Shown in pieces: positions 36,401 through 48,340 of a DNA stretch of 64,000 bases. The position numbers were made by a program, and so were the translations under genes. A model generated the notes under the pieces. It was not told where the DNA came from, made no database searches, and saw nothing but the letters and a program-made list of their open reading frames with translations. This DNA is from Felis catus (lineage: Eukaryota): contig NC_058375.1 of NCBI RefSeq assembly GCF_018350175.1, forward strand, positions 620,001-684,000, given 5' to 3'. How positions within the stretch are numbered: position 1 is the stretch's first letter; the number at the start of each line of letters is the position of its first letter.

Positions 36401-37100
36401 GTTGGGGGAGGTGTATCGAGCGTCAGCGTCCCCCGCCCCTTGTTCCGGTTCGGACCGTAGGACTGCGGCTCAGGTTGGGGGGAGGGGGCGGTTATGTTGG
36501 GCGTCAGCGTTCCCCGCCCACTGCCTTAGTCTGGACTGTACCACCGCGGCCTTGGTAGCGGGGTATGTTAGGCGTCGTGGTTCCCCCCCCGCCATTGTTC
36601 TGGTCGGACCGTACCACCGCGGCCCAAGTGTGGAGGGGTGAGTGTGCCTCGGTGCCCTCCTCCTCCTCCTCCTCCTCCTCCTCCTCCTCTTCCTCCTCCT
36701 CCTCCTCTTCCACCTCCTCCTCCTCCCCCCCCCCCCACCTCTTTGTTCTGGTCCGGACCCTAGGATCGCGGCCCAGGTTGCGGGGGGACGGAAATGTTGG
36801 ACTTCCGCGTCCTTTGCCCCTTGTCCCGGTCCGGATCGTACCATCGCGGCCCAAGTGTGGAGGGGTGAATGTTGGGCGTCAGCGTCTTTCCCCCCCACCT
36901 TTTTGTTCTGGTCTGGACCGTACCACCGGGGCCCGGGTGGCGGGGGGAAATGTTGGACGTCGGCGTCCCTCACCCATTGTCCTGGTCCGGGCCGTACCAC
37001 TGCGGCCCAGGTCTGGGGGGGTGTTGGGCGTCGGCGTACCCCCCACCCCGTTTGTTCTAGTCTGGACCGTACCACCGAGGCCCAGGTTGGGGATGTGCCG
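36293..37100 (+). repeat. Degenerate tandem array, 10 units of about 74-82 bp, core TTGTYCTRGTCYGGACCGTACCACCGCGGCCCAGG
   Basis: Core GTCCGGAC-like positions at 36301, 36374, 36448, 36529, 36603, 36751, 36829, 36911, 36985 and 37060. Confidence 0.92.
36658..36726 (+). repeat. (TCC)n microsatellite inside unit 5 of the array
   Basis: About 23 TCC units with a few interruptions. Confidence 0.9.
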
Positions 37101-37451
37101 TGAAGTCCCGGTAGTCTGTGGAGGCCCTGGCCTTTGAGTTCCCCTCGCGGCTGCTGATCAGGTTTTGATTTGGAGGGACAGCAGTTGCAGTCCAAGCTGG
37201 CCAACTTTAGAAGAAGAAGACGAAGGGAGCGTACTGGCTGGTGGAACTAGCAGCCCGGAGGCCCCTGGCGCAGCTGGGTCCTGAGGCCAGGAGCGGAAGT
37301 GCTGGGCTACACCTGGAGGGCTGCACCTGTACTTGCCCACATAGTTTACATAATTTCCAGGAGCGAGGTTATGGCCAACGGGCTCTCCTTCCTGATGTTA
37401 GGTTTCATAGCTTTTCTGTATGTATGTATTTATAGAGCGAGCACAGCGAGG

Positions 37452-37506
<55 letters not shown>

Positions 37507-40500
37507 AGAGAGAGAATATCCCAAGCAGGATCCCAACGTGGGCTCGTGATCTGAGCTGAAACCAAGAATCAGATGTTTAACCAACTGAACCACCCCGGAG
37601 CTCTCTCCGACTTACTTTTCTTTATCATGCTTTAAAATTAGCGTCTGGGTGGCTCAGTCACTTAAGCATCCGGCTCATGACTTAGCTCAGGTCGTGATCT
37701 CATCGTTCGTGAGTTCAAGCCCCACATTGGGCTCCACGCTGACAGGATGGAGCCTGCTTGGGATTCTCTCCCCCACCCCTCTCTGCCCCTCCCCTGCTCA
37801 TGCTCTCTCTCTAAATAAATAAATTGATTTAAAAAAGAATTTATTTTTAATTTTTTAAAATATTTATTTTTGAGAGACAGAGCGCGAGCAGGGGAAGGGC
37901 AGAGAGAGAGAGAGGTGGGGCGGGGGGGGGGGGGGGGGAAGACACAGAATCTGAAGCAGGCTCCATCCAGGCTCTGAGCTGTCAGCACACAGCCCGTCAC
38001 AGGGCTCGAACTCACGAAGCATGAGATCATGACCTGAACCGAAGTCAGACACTTAACTGAGTGAACCACCCAGGCACCCCTAGAAAATTACCCTTTAAAC
38101 ATCTTGCAAATCCTGAAGGAGGAGAGAGTTGTCAGAAAGGGGTCCTAGAGTCAGAAGACACCCCCCTCCCCAGCGTTGTGGAGGGAGGCAGGGCTTGGGC
38201 GGAGCACCTGATGTCCCAGCTAGAGCTTCGTAGGCAGGTTTCAGGGGAGCCCCAACTTCAGTCCTTTTGTTGGTCAGGCCCCTCCCTTGTGAAGACGGTG
38301 TCCTGATTCACGCCTGCATTGGGATCTACACTGCAAATCAGCAGAGGCATTATTTAAATGGCCTTATTTGAAACTGAGCAGAGTATGGAGAATCCTGGGC
38401 GGTCTGTAGTCTTTCTCCCTAAATCCTGCTTCCTGGAATCCAGTTAAAGGAAGAAGTTGTTGTGATGTCTGTCGTGAATGACCCAATGACATGGCCCGGT
38501 GGTAAAATTGCTCATGCGACCTTAATAGGCAGCAGTGTTTCCTTTGGCTATTTAGAGACAAACTGTTGACGGGACAAAGAGAAAGGGACAGGATAGCAAC
38601 TCTGGGGTGTGTCCATGCAGCAAGGCCTCCTCAGGCGGTGGCTGGAGGCCTGGACGGCACTGCTCAGTGGCCGACTGGAAGCCCAGGAGGGAGGGGAAGG
38701 TCCCCAGAGTCACATGACATCATTTCAAAACCGTTTCCCCAGATGAAACCTAAGACAGATTTTGCTGTAACAATTTTGAGTTTTTACAAATTTGCTTTTG
38801 AAGTTATTTGGCTACAAATGACTCACTGACCCCTAAACCCCAGGACCCCTGGGCAGTCATGAAGCATCTCAGGGTTTTGTGCAAAGAAAAACCTACTCTG
38901 TGAACTTCGTTCCGAAGGGTGGTTCTGAGGTAGGCACGTAAGCGAGCAGGAATGTCACTTCTGCTTTCTTTGTGTATTTGTCACCTCTGGGCCAGGCCCC
39001 TGGCCAGCCCTGGCCAGCCCTGGCCCGCCCTGGCCGCTCCCAGCCCCGCTCGGCCCGCCCTGCAGACTTGCCCAGGAAAAGCCCGGCCTGCGGGCGCTGT
39101 TCACTAGTCTGAGGGAGAAAATATACTCATTTTAGAATTATTTTGGGGGGCACCTGGGTGGCTCAGTCAGTTAAGTGTCCGACTTAGGCCCAGGTCATGA
39201 TCTTGCGGTTCATGGGTTCGAGCCCCGCGTCGGTCTCTGTACTGACAGTCGGAGCCTGGACCCTGCTTCAGATTCTGTGTCTGCCTCTCTCCTCTCTCCC
39301 TGCCCCTCCCCTGCAGTCTTTCTGTCTCTCAAAAGTAAATAAACGTTAAAAAAAAGTTATAAATAAATACAGGGTGATTTTCTAGAAAGCGGGAAGGCAC
39401 GCATCCACAGCGAGCTCTGCTGCACCACTTGCCTGGGTCCTTCCCAGATGGCTGGGCTTCTCTGTGTGCACCTCCTGGCTTCCCAGCCCTCCCTGCTCTC
39501 ACCAGGCTTCATCTGGGTCTAGGCTCTGGTCTGATGGCCCCACCTGTAGGCCCAGAGGAGCCCTATTCCCAGGCGACAGTGACGACAGCAGAGAAGTGCA
39601 GGCAGGGACCCAGGATCCTGAAAAGCCCACAGAATAGGGCCTGGGTCATGTTCACCCGGGGGGGGAAAAGGGCTGGGGACCCCTGTCCTGTGCCGCCAGG
39701 TCCCCTGCCGAGATTGCCAGGAAGCACTGACCAGCAGCTGGTTGGGAAAAACCACCTGTCCCCAAACCAGGGATGTGAGCCCTCCTTGGGAGCCCTTGGC
39801 CCTTCCCCACGCCCCACGGTGTGACCCTTGAACTGGGCTCACTCCGCCTCACCCCCTACCTTGGCCTCGTCCTGGTGGGGGCACCTGCAGCCTCTGTCCC
39901 TGGGGTTCAGCCTCTGGGATCCGTGGGGTTAAAGGTCATGGAAGCAAGACCACAGGGTTAGGGAGCAGCTCCCCTGCTCCGTCAGGCCAGTGTCTGGGGA
40001 GAAGTGCTGGTGAGCAGGGCCCGGCCACACTTGGCCTCGCTGCGCTCGCAGGGAGCCATGGGCTGAGGTCAAACCGGCCTTCGTCTTCCACGCTCCCGGG
40101 GAGGGAAGCCAGCCTCGACTGGAGGCCTCCACGGGAGGCACGTTCGCCAAAGAGCCTGCGCAGCGTCCCTCTCTTTCCCCCCACCCCCCACCCCATCCTC
40201 AACCCACCTCCACTCTTCCCACCAAATCCTCAGTTTCCATGATTCTGAAAACCACCCGAGCTCTGGCCTGGATCTTCCTGAAGGAGAATGTGCCAGAAGT
40301 GGCTGCTCTTCTCCATGTGGTGACTGTGCATTTCCCGCCTCCTCTCACATCCCTGTCACCCCCCAACCATCCTCTGTGCTCCTCCAGCTGGTCCCCCCGA
40401 CCGGGTCCCCATCACCCCCAGGCGGACTAGCCGGTTCCTGGTACCCGGTGGCTCTTGGGTGGGGGAACCGCTGCTCTTTGGGACAGCACTGCTGTGACGT

Positions 40501-41761
40501 GGCCTGTGGCCTGGGAGGGAGGGGAGGCCAGCCGGCGGGGAGGGGGGGGGGCACTCAGCAGAGGCCGGGGCGGGGTCTGACCTCGTGCTCCTCCGAAGCA
40601 GCCAGCAAAAGGCAGGTGTCCAAGGCTACAGCCCCGAAGACCGGACGCTTGGGGTGGCCTGAGACCTGAGCCCACGGAAGTGGCCCACAGCCCGGTCAGG
40701 AGGTGTCCTGGGGTACCTGGCCTGTGGACTCTGTGCCCCCCACCCCCCTCTCCCCAAAGCAGGAAGGCCCAAGGCTCACAGGTCAACAGCCGTTATTGAA
40801 ACGTGCGGCCTCGTGGGCAGAACCGGTGCCCACCAGTGAGCCAGCCCTTCCGGCCAACTGGTTCTGGCCCTTACCCTGCAAGTGGGCCCTCTGCCAGCCG
40901 AGGAGACGAGGCCCCGCCTGGGCTCCACACACACTGCTGGCTCGAATCCCGAGAGCCTGGGCCTCAGAAAGCCCCGGATGCCGGGGTTGAGTTCCAGCAG
41001 CTGTCCCGCCCTGCTGCCCGTGACACCTGTGCAAACTTGACCGCAGGTGCCCGTTTCCAGGCAGAGGCCGACCCAGGGGCAGCGGACACCCGAGCAGTAA
41101 GGTGATGCGCCCCCACGCGTGAGCCAGGAGAGCAGCAGGCGGGCACGGCTCAGGCCAGGCCAGGCCAAGACCACACAGGGCCCAGAGGCCGATGCTCCAG
41201 GGCTGGCCTGGGAGGAAGGAGAGTTCAGCTGCCCACTCCGGGCCTCTGGCCTCTGCAGGTGGCCGGGGCGCTCAGCACGCGGTCTGTCCGCGTCCTCGTG
41301 CGCACCCGCAGGCACTTTGGCTCCTGGCGAAGTGTTGCCGCCTCCCCCTCCACCCCCCCCCCCCAAGGCCTGGTCAAGACCGCGTGGAACCGGTCAAGAG
41401 GACAGGGGAGGAAGGAGGTGAGCATGCCCCAGGGCCTGGCCCAGCCTGACGGACCCCAACAGGCCCAGACGACGTCACAGCTTCTGGGGCTCCTGGGTCC
41501 AGCCCTCTGATTTCCCCAGGAGCCCGTCCTTGCTGTGGGCTCGGCCCCCCAGGGCTTGGACCGCCCTCCGAGCTCCAGGCCCGTTGGGGGCCATGTGGGG
41601 TGGGATTCAAGGTGGAGGCCGCCTGGGTGGGACCCTGCCCCTCCCATGCTCGCCACAGGGTTCTCAGGGGGTCGGCGGGCTCCAGAAGCCCTGGGCTGGG
41701 GCTACCCGCCTAGTGTCTGTGCACTGGTTACAAAGAACCAAATACCAGTTGTAACTCAATC

Positions 41762-43553
41762 CAACTTTTTAAACAAGTCTGTTTATTGAAAGAATCTGAA
41801 AATAGTAATAAGGCTTTCGACAACATTTAACAAATTTTCAAGATATTAACAATATGAAACATTAAGAATTTACTTCAAAAAATCCCAAGTTTTCTAAATC
41901 ACTCCAAATCATGCTCCTTTCAGACTTGCTTTTTTTTTTTTTTTTGTCTAAATGAACGACCTGAATTCCGAACGCCACTCTCCTTTGGACCTAAAGCCAA
42001 GTTTTGGTTCGGCCCCCTCTCTGCCCCAGGGAGGCCGGGCGGCGGGCCTCTGGCGGTGCCCCGTGCCCGTGGGCCGGTGGCGGTGAGGGCCCACCTCCCT
42101 TTCGAGCCCCCACGCCGACTGCCGAGCTCCACGGACGCCGAGCCACGGACGCGGCAGACGCGGGCGCCCAGGCTGCACAGCCCGCCGTGCGGAGACCCCC
42201 GGCCGAGGGTGGTGGCACCCGGGGCCCCGGGGCCTTTCTAGCAGCTCCAGAATGAGGCCTGTGACCCTCGAGGAGAGCAAGGCCCAGCCCCGTCCCTTCC
42301 GTTCTTGCCACTTAACAGGTTAATGATGTAGCTCAAAGAGAAATCGGTCACTCCGAAACAGACGCCCGACTGGAGGACATCTGTCAGGCAACAAACAGCA
42401 GGGGCCGGAGCCCCGCGCACACGCCCCGCGCGGCCGGAGGGGCCACTGGAATGCTGGCGGTTTCCTCGCAAGCCCAAGACGCCCAGGGAGAAGCGAGAGC
42501 GGAAAGGACACAAAACGTCCCAGCACCGCCCTCCTCGCTGACCGGTGGCTTCCCGAGGGAGAAGCACCCTTCGCTCCTGGACCGTCACCTCTACGGCGAC
42601 GATGCGGAACACAGTGGTCCCAGCACACGGCGTCACACAGAACGCGTGCAAACATCGGAACAAGGCTCCATTTCCCAACAGTACAAATCCCCTTCCCTCT
42701 TAAATCTTCAGAGTGTACAATAAAATCTGTACATAGCAGTTCAGAAAGTTTAAAATCATCTCTACAAAGTAGACACAGGATTTAAAATATCTTCCAGGGT
42801 GCAGAGGACGCCATCCCGGCTTCGTGAGGAATGTGTGTGGGCCTGACCCCCTACCAGGCGTCCGCCGGGCCGGTGGGGCCACAGCGCTGGCACCTGTCAC
42901 CCCACAGCAGGGAGGAGAGGAGGGCTGGGGGCCGCGGCGGGGAGGCCCAGACGAGGCGCAGGAGGGAGAGGGGACCCTCCGCTCGTCAGCCGATCAAACC
43001 AAACCGCTCTCCGCAAAAGCGTCCCCTCCGAGTCCTTTCGGTGAAAAAGGTGCAAGATTTAAGGGGGAAATCGTGGTAGCTTAAAGTGAGATTTTTGGCT
43101 ACGAGACATTTATTTTCGACATGGAAAGACAGATCAATCCGTTCTGATCCCCTCTGAATTTCAATAGACTGATTTAAGCACAAGTTTCCTGACAAGAAAT
43201 TACAAAAAGCACGTCCAGCCGGGTGTCCCTGCCCCAGGACCCAGGCTCTGACCCACAACACGGGTAAGCATGGTGTCTGCTTCAGAGTCCCCCGCCGTCA
43301 CTCACTTTTCTTGTTTAGAAATGCAAAAAAGAAGTCAGATTTAAAATGTTAAAAACAGCTGATCTGGTCGACGAAAGGCAGATCCCGGCTCTTCCTCTGG
43401 CTACAGACCAAAGCGCCGTGACCTGTGACGCCTGCGCGCGGGGCGCACAGCACACGTGCTCAGGCCAGCCCGCTCCCGGAGGGCGAGGGGAAGGAGGCAG
43501 CAGAACAGCTTTGGGACTCTGGGGTCCCGGGTGTGGACAGCAGGAGCTCAGGC
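41762..43553 (-). other. NADK: NADK 3'UTR with distal AATAAA (41782-41787) and a possible proximal AATAAA (43109-43114)
   Basis: AT-rich terminal block with a canonical minus-strand hexamer about 1.8 kb after the stop codon. Confidence 0.75.
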
Positions 43554-43758
43554 CTAGCCCTCCTCCCCCTCCTCCCCCTCGTCCTCCTCCTCCTCCTCCT
43601 CTTCCTCCTCCTCCTCCTCCTCCTCCTCCTCCTCGAAGTACGCCTGCTTCTTCCGCACGTTCCAGTGCAGACACTGCGCCAGGCTCTCAAACCAGTCGCT
43701 CACGGGGTCTCGGACGCAGATGGAGGGAAGTGGGTAGCAAGAGGTAGTGATGCTGATG
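43554..43758 (-). CDS. NADK: NADK last coding exon (205 nt including TAG)
   Basis: Encodes [42 protein letters not shown]17-DEGEEGEEG*. Confidence 0.96.
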
Positions 43759-46700
43759 CTGAGGCAGGGGGGCAACGCGGCACAAACAGGTGAGCCCCCG
43801 GCACCAGGCCGAGACCCCTCCCCAAGGGCCATGTCCACCCCAGCCCGGCTGGGAACCGTTTCTGTGCTGCTCACGCTACTTGCTTCACAGCCCGGGGCCT
43901 GTCTCACCTTCTAGACAGCTACGGGCCAGGGGCTCAGCCGAGCACCAGGGCGGGCCGGGGGGAGGGACCGTGGGTCTGTCGCCCGCGTACAGCAGAACGT
44001 GGGGCCACATGCTGCGCGTGCGACCAGCTGCCCGACAGGCACCAGTCCGCATCCCCTCCCCGGTGACGGAGCTCTGCCTACGGGGCCTGTACCTCCCGGG
44101 CCCGCCCTGCCCCGGCCCCACGGCGCACACACCTGTCTCCGTGGCGGATCTCCTGTCTCTTCCGTCCATCGAAGGACACCCACGCAGTGTTCCTGGCTTC
44201 CGGTGACAGCATGATCTGAAGGAAGGGGTCAAGCGGGACAGGTAGGTGTGGGCTCGTGAGTGCCGCTGAGCACCTCGACCCCCACCCCGGGAGGGCAACA
44301 CCGGTCGGGAGGAACCACGGAGGTGTCCACAGCACCCACACTATGCCAAGGCGGTCCCAGGCCCTGAAGGGATTAGCTGTGTCTCGCCGACACCAGCCCT
44401 GGGAAACAGGACCGGCGGTGGTGAGGCCCAGCCGCTGCCCATCTGCCCTGGGTTAGGGACACTGGCCAGGGGTCTGGGTCCAGTCCTCTCTGTGACCTGC
44501 AGACATGGCCCTGTGCACCAGGGCTCACGGCCGGGGCTCTCGGCCGGGGCACACCGGCCTAGGGCGGACCGAAGGAGGGAGCGTGAGGCAGGCAGGCAGA
44601 CAGCGGAGACGGGGGAGCAGCAGCGGGTGCCATGTGCACGCCAGGCCCAAGGCCCCCAGTCCTCGCTCGGCGTCCCTCACCCTGCCCCCACCCAGTAGGG
44701 ACTGTCTCTGCCCCTTAAGGGCCCACAGCCCGGCTCTCAGGGCTGCCCCTGCCAACTGGACAGACAGGATGAGAGTGAGGCCCCCTCCCACACCCAGCAA
44801 GGGAGGAAGGGCCCACGGCCCAGTATGTGCTGGGGTCTCAGCCGGGGGCACGGGGGGTGGTCAGCATCACAGGTCCCAGACGAGAGCTCAAGCCAGAAAG
44901 GGTGGAGGGTGGACTCTGACCTTCAGCTCGACCCCCGCGGGGACCACNNNNNNNNNNNNNNNNNNNNNNNNNNNNNNNNNNNNNNNNNNNNNNNNNNNNN
45001 NNNNNNNNNNNNNNNNNNNNNNNNNNNNNNNNNNNNNNNNNNNNNNNNNNNNNNNNNNNNNNNNNNNNNNNNNNNNNNNTGGTGGACAGGCCGCAGGGTC
45101 ACTCTCCGTGGGCTCCTGCCCACCCCCACCCCGCGGGACCCCGGGCGCCCACCTACCGTCACCCTGTACCGTGGTGATGAGATGCCCGTCCAGGTAGACA
45201 TCCACATTGGACAGGTATGAGGAGGGGCCTCTGTCGATCACCACCTCATTCAGGACCTGGGGGGACGAGGCCACCGCACACTGGGAGGGGCCGGCAGGGC
45301 TGCCCCGGGTGGTCTGCCCAACAGGCACCCGCACTGTTCCCGGACTCTCTGGGAGGCCCTGAGGTCAGGCCCCTCCCACCCCTCACCCCACTCCGGAGTC
45401 CTCCCACCTTGTGCCTTTCCCCGAGGCCACGTGACAGGCCGGGCAAGGCCTGGGGTCCGCGAGGGCACGTGCCCACACACCTGGTACTGCATAGCCTGCT
45501 TCCCAGCCTCCGCGGCCAGGTCCGCGGCCAGCACTCCGTTCTCGCTGACCCCATTGGGGACGGCCGTCTTCTTCCCTCTGAGTTCCTTCACGACCCTGAC
45601 CTTCAGCCGGCTCCGAAGAATGACAGCCGCGTTGCCTGGGGGCCAGCAGGGATGGGGTGGCGGCACCCACAGGAAGCAGAGGCACCCCTGCTTGACCGGG
45701 GGCCGCCCGCCTTCTCCCAGCTCCAGAGCAACACGTCTGTGCCTTCTGTGAAAGTCACTTCGCTGCTACCAACCAGCACACACGTACCTTCACGCGTGGC
45801 CTCAACTTCTCAACGTTAGGCAGAAATGTCTGAACCATGCAAAATTTTTAAATCTCTGAATCCCGAAACACTTACGAAGTGTTGTTCTATATGTCGTTGA
45901 AAAACCCAAACACCAAGTGAGAAGACAATCCCATATTCAGAACTGCTTGAGGGTTCCAGAACATTCCCACTTACCCTGTATCACCTGAGTAACTTGGGAC
46001 TGAAAGTTCTCAAAGTTGAAGGGGGTCAGGAAGCCCAGGGAACCCAGATGGAACGCCATGACCGGAGGCACGCTGCCCTGTGAGCCAACGAGGCAGGTCG
46101 GTCAGATGGCCGATCCACTCAGAAACCACCCGACTTGACCCCGGCACCGACGGACCCGCCCCTGACCGTCCCCGGGAGGGGACAGGCACACGAGTGCATG
46201 GTCGGTGCCGACTCGAGTGACCACACGGGAGGTCAGCAGGCGGTCCGGGAGGCCGGGGGGGGGGGGCGGATAGTGGTGTACAGAGCCGATGAGAAACAAA
46301 GGCGACAGGACCGACCTGCCTGCTGGCCACGGAGGGCAGGGGGAGGGGCTGAGGGCAGCACGCAGGACCCTAGGGGAGCCCGCATGCCTCACCTTCTAAT
46401 ACACCCCAGCCGGGGCCCTCCGGGGCCTGCCTTGCGGAGAGGGAAGGTGGGCTCCTGGGCAGACCCCCACCTCTGCCGTGGCCCCGTCACCTTGGCCACG
46501 AGGCACCAGCTCTGCTTTGTGGGCGCCACGCGCCTGAGGAACCGCAGCAGCGCCCCCTTCCTCTGGCCACTCCCTCTGCCCAGCCCGGGCTTGTATGCCC
46601 ACCTCTCCCACCGACCCCATGCCCCCGACGGAGGACGGGGACGCCGGGCCTATCTGGCCGGAGACCTGGACGGAGCAGAGGCGTCATTTGCCGTGACTTG

Positions 46701-48303
46701 CAAACCTGCTCTTTGGCCAAATAACCCAACTAATAAATATATCTGGTCTGTGTCAGAGTAAGAGCACCGAAACTCCTCGCCCCGTGGTGTAAAGCCACAG
46801 GTACAAGGGATGGAAACCCTCACTGGGGAAGCGCCTCCTCACGCAACACCGAGACTGGAACCACCTGGAAACCTCACCTGGAAGAGGGAGGAGGCATAAA
46901 GCAGGGTCCCATCCCCTCCCAGGCATATGATGAAATCGATCTGATTGGAAATGTCATCATAATCTAGAAAACAGAACAACAAACACAAGACAAGGAGTCA
47001 CAGTAGGCCTCGAGGCCCCACAGGCGCTGCTGCCCATGATGGGGCAGAACACCAGAAGCTTCCGCCAGGTCCAGGGCAATGATGCCAATGAGCTGCGTGA
47101 CAGAGCCGAGGACAAACTCACCTTCTCTGAAGGTGCAGAATTTCTTCTTCACTGGTCCAAAGTTGTCATCGCTCACTATGGCAGGGTCTTCTAGAACTTT
47201 CTTCTCCACGTACACAATCATGTTGTTCTCCTGGAAGGGAGACAAGCACGTCAGCTCGGCCAGCAAGAGCCAGTTCAGGTCACGCTGCTCTTGCGTAAAG
47301 CCTCCTTTTAAGTCTTAGCATCTTATTTTTAAAAATATATTTATTTAGGGGAGCCTGGGTGGCTCTGTCGGTTAAGCGTCCGACTTCAGCTCAGGTCAGG
47401 ATCTCAACAGTCCGTGGGTTCAGGCCCCGCATCAGGCGCTGTGCTGACGGCTCGGAGCCTGGAGCCTGCTTCGGATTCTGTGTCTCCCTCTCTCTCTGCC
47501 CCTCCCCTGCTCATGCGCTCTCTCAAAAGTGAATAAACATTAAAAAATTTTAAAATCATACCTCTTTATAAAAAAATAATAAAAATAAAGTTATTTATTG
47601 AAATTCAAGTTAGTTAACAAACAGTGTAGTAGATTTCAGGAGTAGGCCTTAGCATTTTATGATGAAGGGAGAAAATGATGGCTTAGTCCTGGCCAGAGAC
47701 TGCTTCCGACCCGTTCATCCAGATTTCCCTCTCTCTGGAGGCTCTGTGACACCCGCCTATGGAAGTCACTTCCCTGAAACTGGCCTCCTGACTTGGCCAG
47801 CTCTGGGATCAGAGAGCCAGAAGCTGGGCAGGAGGCCAGCTCCCCCCTCCATCTACGGCCCCAGTGAGCACGGAGCCTTGGCAAGCATGTCCCCCAATCT
47901 CCAGCGTGGAATCCAGCCAACGTGAATGAAGCGGGGGTGCAGAGGGGAGTCCTGGGGTCGCCACCCCCAACCTGGCTCACTTGCCTCCATCAGGTACACG
48001 CAGAGCTCCTTGAAGGGCTGCAGCAGGCTGGCGTCCCGGATCTTCTTGATGACAAGAACGCTCTTTGGGGACTTGTTCCACGTCAACCGCTGGCTGGCAG
48101 GGTCCTGGATGTGCCTGTGAGGGGAGAGGAGCGTCTGCACAGGTGCACTGCGTCCGAGGACACAGGTCTTCTCGGGCCCTGGGCCGAGTGCTGGAAGCCG
48201 CCTGCTCACGCCGCTCAGCCGGGGGCCTGTGCGGCCGGTACGGGCCTGACCCCCTGGAATGCTCGCAGGCTGCCCTCCTTCTAGCTGCTCATCCCACTGC
48301 CCG

Positions 48304-48340
<37 letters not shown>

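Noticed and set aside
36293-37100. CRISPR array interpretation of the repeat-spacer structure
   Set aside because: The DNA is mammalian, there are no cas genes, the repeats are degenerate, and the spacers are homologous to one another rather than unique captured sequences.
36470-37204. Long ORFs across the array (244 aa, 190 aa, poly-E/R/S/L)
   Set aside because: By-products of GC-rich repeats and the TCC microsatellite; no recognisable protein. Similarity to the NADK poly-Glu tail is low-complexity only.
39400-41750. Possible hidden gene between the NADK 3' end and the SLC35E2 promoter
   Set aside because: There are scattered splice-like signals, but I could not build a phase-consistent chain or recognise any peptide.
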